Shown: positions 9,540 to 16,622 of the stretch, piece after piece
Layout of the letters: every line of letters starts with the position of its first letter
Numbering within the stretch: position 1 is the first letter of the stretch
NCBI RefSeq assembly: GCF_900083515.1
Contig: NZ_LT671858.1
Coordinates: 360,001-392,000 of the forward strand
Length of the DNA: 32,000 nucleotides
Reading direction: 5' to 3'
Origin: Cuniculiplasma divulgatum
Lineage (GTDB): Archaea; Thermoplasmatota; Thermoplasmata; Thermoplasmatales; Thermoplasmataceae
The notes under the pieces: generated by a model
The model's input: only the letters and a program-made list of their open reading frames with translations
What the model was told of the DNA's origin: nothing
The model's database searches: none
Translations under genes and position numbers: made by a program

Positions 9540-11580
9540 CCATAGTTTTAGCGCTTTTTATTATATTTTCCGCCAGAGTTTTTGAAAATCCCCTGAGTAT
9601 TGCTATATTCTGAACGGTTGATTTTGCAATATCTGACGGTTTTTTAAATCCATTCTCATAGAGTCTTCTTGCCCTAACTCTCCCAACTCCTGGAATTGAA
9701 ATAAGGGACATTATATCATCCCTCACACCTTCTTTCAATCTCAAACTCAGTACATCCAGTGGATAGGAAAGTTCCCTCCTAAACTCTGCTGCCAGTCTGG
9801 AAGCAGCCATTACTATCCATTCAGCAGAAGATTTTCTGGATTCTATATCTCCAGATCCAACAGAGTATTTCTCCTCAATCTCGTATATTGGAACTTCATT
9901 GATCCAATCCAGTAGGAGCATAGCAGTTTTTCCTGCAGCCATATCATCCTCATCCTCCGGGCTCTCTGATATTTCATCAAAAAAGGCACTCAGTGATTCA
10001 TAATCATCCCTGTTTACAAACAATGTAAATATATCTGGTGTTTTGCATATATTATAAAGAATTCTGGCAACGGACATCTCTTCTTCATTTTCCTCAAACA
10101 TATCCACTATAATTTTAGCAGTCTCCGGATCTATATACAGATTTGCAGTTATAGTTCCAAGTTTTTCTGCCTTCAGTATCTGTCCCTTGGTCTCAATGAA
10201 ACCATAATTCTCCAGATAGCCTGTAACCTGATCTACGTAATCCTTCAGTGTACCCTTTCCATTCTGAGATGCATACAGTGTTGAGTCGAAGAATGTGTAA
10301 AGTGAATCTAAGGTTGTACAGAAGTGGTTACTTATTAATGCTAGGGTGTTGAATCTAACAATCTTCTCCTTTCCCATTGCTGAAACAACAGGCTCAACTC
10401 CATTTTCAAACAGATCTTTAACCTTATCAATGGCCCCCTGGGAAGGACAGTAAATATAAGCCTCACCGTGATCATCATATTTTGGTCTGCCAGCCCTTCC
10501 AAGCATCTGTTCTATTTCCATATTTGAAATGTATGAGGAATAGCCATCAGAAAATCTAGTTAAATCCCTGATTATAACGGCTCTTGCCGGAAGATTAATA
10601 CCCGCGGCAAGTGTTGGCGTTGAAGTTATGACCTTTATTCTTCCGCTCTTGAAGTTTTCCTCTACAAATGTTCTGATTCTGGTATTTAGACCAGCATGAT
10701 GGAATGCGACACCTTTTTTCGCAATCCTGTTCACAACCTCTGCATTCCTGTCTCCATCTTCACTAATAATATCAATAGAACTGGGAAACATTCTTTCATC
10801 CATCTGTTCACTTATATCCATTGCAAACTTTTCAGCCCTTTTTCGTGTGTTAAGAAAGAGGAGTACCTGCCCCCCATCATAAAGAATTTTCCTTATCAGT
10901 TCATATATATCCTTTTTAAGAGAATCTATCTGCTGAAATTCATCATCCATCAATTTGTCTCTAAAAATGACGAATTTCTTTAGAGGTACAGGTCTAAAGT
11001 CACTCCTGACAACCGTTGCATCAAGCCATTCTCCAATTTGTGGCGCATTCTGAAGGGTTGCAGAAAGTGCAATGATCTGTATATCCGGATTCACAATCCT
11101 TGCAGTTGTGCATAAGATCTCAAGAGTTGGCCCTCTTGTCTGATCTCCTATGTTATGGATTTCATCCAGTACAAGCACAGCGATATCATTAAAATAATCT
11201 GGATTATGGTGCATTAGAGAATCTGCTTTTTCAGATGTGCAGACTATTACATCAAACCTGTTTATTATATCAGTTCCTGCATCAAGGTCTCCCACGCTAA
11301 GAGCTACTGTAAACATTCCCTTTCCTATTGCCCTGAGTTCATCAAATTTTTCCCTTGCCAGCGCCTTCAAAGGACATATATACATGGATTTCAATCCTTG
11401 TTTTGCAGCCCTTATTATGGCATAATAGGCTATGAGAGATTTTCCCGAGGCTGTTGGTACTGAAACCAGAACACTTCTGCCCTCATCTATTTCATCAATG
11501 GATTTTTTCTGGTGTTCATAGAGACTTACATTCTTACCTGAGAAATAGTAATTTTTAATAATATCCATTGATGTCTCCAC
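9523..11580 (-). CDS. hel308: Hel308/Ski2-like superfamily-2 DNA helicase
   Basis: Motif I VPTASGKS, motif II LVLDEIHNIG, SATL, HHAGL and GRAGRP, plus a C-terminal HhH-like tail (PGVGRVRARRLYENGF). The track starts at the GTG at 11580. The ATG at 11568 (MDIIKNYY...) is the more likely start, with ttaattaa about 35-42 nt upstream of it. Confidence 0.92.
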   Translation of the reverse strand: METSMDIIKNYYFSGKNVSLYEHQKKSIDEIDEGRSVLVSVPTASGKSLIAYYAIIRAAKQGLKSMYICPLKALAREKFDELRAIGKGMFTVALSVGDLDAGTDIINRFDVIVCTSEKADSLMHHNPDYFNDIAVLVLDEIHNIGDQTRGPTLEILCTTARIVNPDIQIIALSATLQNAPQIGEWLDATVVRSDFRPVPLKKFVIFRDKLMDDEFQQIDSLKKDIYELIRKILYDGGQVLLFLNTRKRAEKFAMDISEQMDERMFPSSIDIISEDGDRNAEVVNRIAKKGVAFHHAGLNTRIRTFVEENFKSGRIKVITSTPTLAAGINLPARAVIIRDLTRFSDGYSSYISNMEIEQMLGRAGRPKYDDHGEAYIYCPSQGAIDKVKDLFENGVEPVVSAMGKEKIVRFNTLALISNHFCTTLDSLYTFFDSTLYASQNGKGTLKDYVDQVTGYLENYGFIETKGQILKAEKLGTITANLYIDPETAKIIVDMFEENEEEMSVARILYNICKTPDIFTLFVNRDDYESLSAFFDEISESPEDEDDMAAGKTAMLLLDWINEVPIYEIEEKYSVGSGDIESRKSSAEWIVMAASRLAAEFRRELSYPLDVLSLRLKEGVRDDIMSLISIPGVGRVRARRLYENGFKKPSDIAKSTVQNIAILRGFSKTLAENIIKSAKTMGDSSE

Positions 11581-12560
11581 TTATCTCGGATTTGAAAAGT
11601 GTTAATTAAGATTTATGAATTATAATTAAAAAAAGCATAGCCTCATCCATAATATATGAGTCTCATTTATTTTTGATCTAAATCAGAGTAAATCTTGAAA
11701 TTGCATTAAGGGAACGCTGCACAAAATTTCCCCACCTCTTTTTCACATTTTTTCGAACGACAAAAAGTGGCAGTTAGACCATTTATCATCCTTTATTGTG
11801 ACTTTTTAAGTGATAAAAATGGTGCTTCCTGATATCCATTGCCCAACATTTAATTTTCAACGACTATACTAAGAGCACATAATAGATTGAAATGTTTACT
11901 TAGAGTAGTGAAACGTTTTGCCCTTTATCTAATTGTTTAATCTTGCTTTCATTCCTATTTCTTCGATTTAAATATTATTAGATAGAATACCGAATTAAAA
12001 GGTAAATAACTATATCTCTGGATTCCAGTACATACATAATTTGCACTCTATGTCAAAATCCGTTTTCAAATCAGGCCTCCGCCCGTATTAATTCATGGAG
12101 TCGGTTCAAGTAGTACCTAGAACATTTTACTGTTTTCCTTTATATTAACTCTTCTCGAACTACTATATTATAATTATTTATTGATGAAGAATCAAATACA
12201 AAACTACTGTGGACTTCCCCAAGAGCTGACAATTTAAAACGATAATACAAAGTAATATTAAAACCACCTTGGGCAATTCATCCACTTCATTCCACAGGGA
12301 AATTTTCGGATGCTTTAGTGATACTACTGGTCATTGTGGCTAACACGTTAGGCTTTTTGGTCGCAGGAGAGTGCCTAAAGGATTTAACTCTCCATAAAAA
12401 TCAGTGAAGTATAAATCGTTTTCAACTTTCCACTTTTATCCATATTGCTGATAATTATAGAGGAAAGTATTGTCTCACATAAAGCAAGAAATCAAATTAA
12501 AAATGCCTCCGTAATTGAATTAAAAGAGAAAAAATTGATGAATAATAAAGAGACAGAAAA

Positions 12561-12573
12561 ATATATATATATA
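12561..12573 (+). promoter_or_regulatory. TATA-box candidate, (AT)6A run, for the orphan cassette
   Basis: atatatatatata is centred about 23 nt upstream of the GTG start at 12590. This spacing fits an archaeal TATA box driving a leaderless or near-leaderless mRNA. Confidence 0.45.
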
Positions 12574-12589
12574 AAACTATTATAAACAT

Positions 12590-13777
12590 GTGAATATACG
12601 AAAGAAATTACTTGGAGTGGCTGCAGTTTTCATAGTCATCATGTTTTTAGGGATATCAATGCAGAGTTCAGTTGCATCCCATACGAACCATAAGCATACC
12701 ATCAACATGTCAGATCAAGTATCAAAGGGAAAATATTTGATCCAGAATCCTTCCAACACATCGGATAATTTATCTAACCTATTCAATTCATGGCTCATGA
12801 ATGATGAACATGCTGACACTCTGAGTGAAGGAAGAGCTATTAATTCTCATATGCTTGGAACTTCACAGGTTGAGGAACTGTTTCCAAAATTCATCAAGGA
12901 TAATCCTGTGGCAATAAGCATGATCAATAAGATTACCAATAGGGAAAAGATCAGATTCAGAATGGAGAACCAGGAGGCAGGACTTAAATTTATTAATTAC
13001 ATAAAAGAACATCCTAAAATGCCTGTCAACACAGTGTTAACATTATCATCAAACAATTCAAGGTATTTTGTCACTAAGGCTTCAACAGCATCCTATCCTT
13101 CAGGATTTCCCACATGGTCAGGTGAATTCACAATGGTATCAGTAAATTATTTTGGCATATCATGGTGGTATCCTGGACCATGGTATGCTCCATGGGCTGG
13201 TCACTGGGGGACGCTAAACTATGGTGAACATGATACAATTAACATACTATATGTTGGTTCGGACGCTCAATATTGGTATAATCATATGTACAATACAATA
13301 AACACTATACAAACATATGATGCAGTCGGCGGATTCTTTACAGCATCAATATCTGCTTTAGGAGGTTATTATGGAATAGGTGCCATTGCTGGGGAAGTTG
13401 GATCAGCAATTGCTGGGATAATTGCAGTCGCTGCTATTTCAATATACGCAATTCAGAGTTATATGGCAAATCAATTACATACTATGTATGATTCAACCTA
13501 TGCAAACCCAATTAAAGGAAATCCAAAATTTATGTGGGAATATTACGACATCAATTTCTTTTATCCGTGGATTACAGTAGTTGGAACCTTTGCATCATCA
13601 TTTTCCTGGAATGGATATACTAACACAGGCACAGTTTCTATTTTCCCATACATACCCGTTATAGGTAATAACCCTGCATTTGTAGTTGTTTCGAGTGCTC
13701 TTTCAGGAGAGACACATAATATAGCAAGTAGATTAGGGTGGAATACATGGGGGGAATATTACGGGTGGCAATGGTGA
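12590..13777 (+). CDS. Orphan secreted/membrane-anchored Trp/Tyr-rich protein with a glycine-zipper hydrophobic hairpin
   Basis: 395-aa ORF. GTG is the only start available after the in-frame TAA at 12572-12574. It gives a classical Sec signal peptide (MNIRKKLLGVAAVFIVIMFLGISMQSSVAS|H). There are 15 Trp, including WWYPGPWYAPWAGHWG and the C-terminal GWNTWGEYYGWQW. A Gly/Ala-rich segment with GxxxG spacing (GGYYGIGAIAGEVGSAIAGIIAVAAISIYAI) is present, along with four N-x-S/T sequons. I recognise no family. Confidence 0.75.
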   Translation: MNIRKKLLGVAAVFIVIMFLGISMQSSVASHTNHKHTINMSDQVSKGKYLIQNPSNTSDNLSNLFNSWLMNDEHADTLSEGRAINSHMLGTSQVEELFPKFIKDNPVAISMINKITNREKIRFRMENQEAGLKFINYIKEHPKMPVNTVLTLSSNNSRYFVTKASTASYPSGFPTWSGEFTMVSVNYFGISWWYPGPWYAPWAGHWGTLNYGEHDTINILYVGSDAQYWYNHMYNTINTIQTYDAVGGFFTASISALGGYYGIGAIAGEVGSAIAGIIAVAAISIYAIQSYMANQLHTMYDSTYANPIKGNPKFMWEYYDINFFYPWITVVGTFASSFSWNGYTNTGTVSIFPYIPVIGNNPAFVVVSSALSGETHNIASRLGWNTWGEYYGWQW

Positions 13778-14121
13778 TTGATCTTCGGCTCTTCCAAACT
13801 CTGTGGGTATTTCCCTATACTCTTATTTTCCTTACTTTCAGAAAGGAAATCTCAAAGAAAAATGTGAATGGAATTTCCACAAAGCTACATAATATAGTTA
13901 TAGTCGAGTATGCAACTATTCTGATTTTAGTTTCTATTGGGTGCCTGATTGCGATAATAGGTGGTCTTAATTATTTTTCAATTGTAAATCTGTCAATCAC
14001 AGAGTACTGGGGCTCAGAGTTTGAATATTTAATGCTTATTGTAATCCTAATATCATTCTTTGAATATGTATTCTTTAGTCTCAACAAATATCTCTTAAAG
14101 TCCTCACGATCACCATATTAA
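13771..14121 (+). CDS. Small hypothetical 3-TM membrane protein, translationally coupled to the preceding gene
   Basis: The ATG at 13771 overlaps the upstream TGA (caATGGTGAtt). At 116 aa it has three hydrophobic helices (LFQTLWVFPYTLIFLTF; IVEYATILILVSIGCLIAIIGGL; FEYLMLIVILISFFEYVFFSL). The track's earlier ATG at 13738 lies inside the upstream gene and encodes a non-hydrophobic extension. Confidence 0.6.
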   Translation: MVIDLRLFQTLWVFPYTLIFLTFRKEISKKNVNGISTKLHNIVIVEYATILILVSIGCLIAIIGGLNYFSIVNLSITEYWGSEFEYLMLIVILISFFEYVFFSLNKYLLKSSRSPY

Positions 14122-14754
14122 TTATTTCACATTTCCATTTTGCTTAATAAATACGATATCTGACGTGAATTCAATGGTATAATCCTCAAGATAATCTTTG
14201 AGGTACTTTATGTAAAGATTATTTCTCTTCACTGAACCGATTAATTTTTTTTGAAGTCTGAAGGGTCAATAAAATAAAATTTCATGTTAAAATTCCGATC
14301 TACAGTTGATTTTATGCCGTGTCAATAGAATCACAACCTATTTTCAGGATATCTTCTTAATGATCAGCAATAAGTAAAACTTCTCTTCTACCATTCTAAA
14401 AGCAAATTCTATCCACATCCTAATCTTATAAATTCAGGTTTCACAGCCTCAAATTTAAAAATTATATTTCATTGAAGCCTGGATAGATCGATATAATCAC
14501 ACATACCATCGACACTATAGAAACATGCAAAGCAGTTTAGGCCATTTTCAGAAAAATGGGTTCAGTAATTACAGGAATAATCCCAATCAATTTCATCTCA
14601 ATATTTGAATACGTTTAATGAAACTGGTCTAAAGAGATGGTATTGGATAAGGATAGAAATTCATGCAGGTTAACATGAACTGTCTTAAAATTCTCAGGAT
14701 TAAAGTTTCCAGAAGTATAGCTTCGACGAAATCTAAAAGTAAAAAAAGAATAGG

Positions 14755-15396
14755 ATGAAGGAATATAAGGAAACATTGAACAGACCTCATATCATATTAA
14801 ATATGGCACAGAGCATAAACGGCTACATCTCAAAAATTTCAGGGGAAAGGGCATATATATCATCTGAGGAGGATAACATAAGAGTCCAGACTCTAAGAAA
14901 TAACTCAGATGGAATACTGGTTGGGTATAGAACAGTAATCAAGGATAACCCATCGCTGATCGCGCCTAACAATAAGAACTCAATTAGACTCATAATAGAC
15001 CCACGCTGTAGTCTCACTCCAAATTACAGGGTAATGGATGGAAAGAGAAAAACCATAATACTTAACTCTGAAAAAAGTGAGAAATGTGAAGAAAATATAG
15101 AGTACGTAAACTGTGGTAAACCTTTCAATCTTGAAAAATCGCTGGAACTCATTTATGAAAAGGGAATTAGGTCAGTTCTCGTAGAGGGAGGCAGGGTTAC
15201 AGCAGAGGCATTTCTGCAAAGAGGATTTGTAGACGAAATGTATATGTTTATTGGGGATCTGTTTCTCGAGGATGGCGGAATACTTTCTCCAACCACAGAT
15301 AGGGAAATAAGAAATGTTATACTTGATGTGAGGATTATGAAAGGTGGGTTGTTGCTTAAGATTGACCCATCAAAATTTAAGAGGGAATGGAAATGA
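14755..15396 (+). CDS. RibD C-terminal-domain (DHFR-fold) reductase, probably 2,5-diamino-6-ribosylamino-4(3H)-pyrimidinone 5'-phosphate reductase
   Basis: 213 aa. Motifs ILNMAQSINGYIS, LRNNSDGILVGYRTVIKDNPSL and VLVEGGRVTAEAFLQRGFVDEMYMFI are typical of the archaeal riboflavin-pathway reductase / RibD_C family. Confidence 0.78.
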   Translation: MKEYKETLNRPHIILNMAQSINGYISKISGERAYISSEEDNIRVQTLRNNSDGILVGYRTVIKDNPSLIAPNNKNSIRLIIDPRCSLTPNYRVMDGKRKTIILNSEKSEKCEENIEYVNCGKPFNLEKSLELIYEKGIRSVLVEGGRVTAEAFLQRGFVDEMYMFIGDLFLEDGGILSPTTDREIRNVILDVRIMKGGLLLKIDPSKFKREWK

Positions 15397-16622
15397 AAAG
15401 TAATGGATATATGAGACTGGACTGGGCTAGAACACACATGCCGGTTGTAAATAGTATACGTGATAGAATGATAAGAGAAAAGCCATTCAAGGGTGTCAGA
15501 ATCGGCATGGCGCTGCACGTTGAAGCCAAGACGGGAATTCTTGCATTACTCATGCAGGAAGGAGGAGCTGATGTAACCATGTCATCCTGCAATCCTCTCA
15601 GCACGGATGATGCAGTTGTAAAATCCCTGAAGGAAGATTACGGAATGAAAGTTTTTGCAAGAAAGGGTGAAACAGAGGAAGAATATTACGAATATCTCAA
15701 CAAGGTAATAGACAGTAGGCCACAGATAGTTGTGGATGATGGGGGAGATCTAGTTAAGCTGTTACACACCAGCAGATCAGAAATGAGAGAAGGCGTAATT
15801 GGAGGAAATGAAGAAACAACTACCGGTGTGAATAGGCTCAGGAACATGGAAAAAAAAGGTGATCTGAAATTTCCAATGTTTGATGTTAATGATGCATCAA
15901 TGAAGCATCTGTTCGATAACAGGTATGGAACAGGACAGAGTGCACTTGATGGTATAATGAACGCGACAAACATACTTATTGCCGGGAAGAGGGTATCTGT
16001 CGTTGGATTCGGATACTGTGGCAAAGGAGTTGCACTGAGAATGAAAGGCATGGGTGCAAGGGTAACAGTAACAGAGGTCGATCCTGTGAAGGCCAACGAG
16101 GCAACAATGGAAGGGTATGATGTGATGCCAATAAAGGAAGCACTTAAGGTATCTGACATGGTTGTAACGGTGACTGGGGTTAAGTCCGTTGTTGATTTTG
16201 AAGCACTTTCAAACGCTAAGGATGGCATAATACTGTCTAATGCAGGACATTTCAACAATGAAATTGATCTGGATAAACTGGAGACGATGAGCAAAGAGAG
16301 TGAGCAGGTAAGAGATTATGTAAAGGGATACACACTGCAGAATGGAAAAAAGATTTACGTTATAGCCGATGGAAGGCTGGTAAATCTTGCCGCAGGACAG
16401 GGACACCCAGTGGAAATAATGGATATGAGCTTCGCAATACAGGCACTTACAGCAGAGCATCTCCTAAAGAACCACAAGAGTCTTGAGAACAAGGTATATC
16501 CGGTACCATATGAGGTAGATCAGGATGTTGCCAGGATCAGGTTGGAAAGCATCGGAATCAAAATTGATCAGCCAACTGAAGAGCAGATCAGATACAGTGA
16601 ATCATGGGAGGAAGGCACGTGA
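15387..16622 (+). CDS. ahcY: Adenosylhomocysteinase (archaeal short form)
   Basis: Motifs WARTHMPV, HVEAKTG, NEETTTGV, NRYGTGQS and the NAD-binding VVGFGYCGKGVA, in 411 aa. The start could be the ATG at 15387 or at 15393 (an ATGA overlap with the upstream stop). Confidence 0.93.
   Translation: MEMKSNGYMRLDWARTHMPVVNSIRDRMIREKPFKGVRIGMALHVEAKTGILALLMQEGGADVTMSSCNPLSTDDAVVKSLKEDYGMKVFARKGETEEEYYEYLNKVIDSRPQIVVDDGGDLVKLLHTSRSEMREGVIGGNEETTTGVNRLRNMEKKGDLKFPMFDVNDASMKHLFDNRYGTGQSALDGIMNATNILIAGKRVSVVGFGYCGKGVALRMKGMGARVTVTEVDPVKANEATMEGYDVMPIKEALKVSDMVVTVTGVKSVVDFEALSNAKDGIILSNAGHFNNEIDLDKLETMSKESEQVRDYVKGYTLQNGKKIYVIADGRLVNLAAGQGHPVEIMDMSFAIQALTAEHLLKNHKSLENKVYPVPYEVDQDVARIRLESIGIKIDQPTEEQIRYSESWEEGT

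Noticed and set aside
11723-12306. A 10-mer inverted repeat, GGGAAATTTT (aaaatttccc at 11723-11732 and gggaaatttt at 12297-12306), considered as a pair of origin-recognition-box-like elements flanking an AT-rich unwinding region.
   Set aside because: The flanking bases do not align (0 of 7 upstream, 3 of 7 downstream). A single 10-mer inverted match in 1 kb of AT-rich DNA is near chance expectation. It is kept only as a note inside the ORF-free-region finding.
12401-14236. A 9-bp inverted repeat (tcagtgaag at 12401-12409 and cttcactga at 14228-14236) flanking the orphan cassette, considered as possible terminal inverted repeats of a mobile element.
   Set aside because: The match does not extend beyond 9 bp. 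Several 9-mer inverted matches are expected by chance between two AT-rich regions of about 1 kb and 0.6 kb. I saw no transposase, integrase, target-site duplication or tRNA attachment site.
14556-14618. A 20-aa hydrophobic mini-ORF (MGSVITGIIPINFISIFEYV) that loosely resembles part of the small 3-TM protein (IAIIGGLNYFSI...TEYW / SFFEYVFF), considered as a decayed paralogue or duplicated immunity-gene remnant.
   Set aside because: Nucleotide identity over the aligned 36 nt is only about 19/36. A 5-codon gap is needed to align the FEYV/TEYW part. Upstream frames show no further similarity. This cannot be told apart from chance among hydrophobic, AT-rich codons.
15686-16294. A 202-aa minus-strand ORF, plus similar long antisense ORFs at 28207-28647 (146 aa), 19624-20025 (133 aa), 15153-15518, 3162-3482, 23657-23986, 18524-18835 and 4494-4811.
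   Set aside because: Each lies wholly or mostly inside a strongly supported gene on the opposite strand. Their translations are low-complexity and Ser/Leu/Pro/Ile-rich with no recognisable motifs. They are shadow ORFs created by the codon bias of the true genes.
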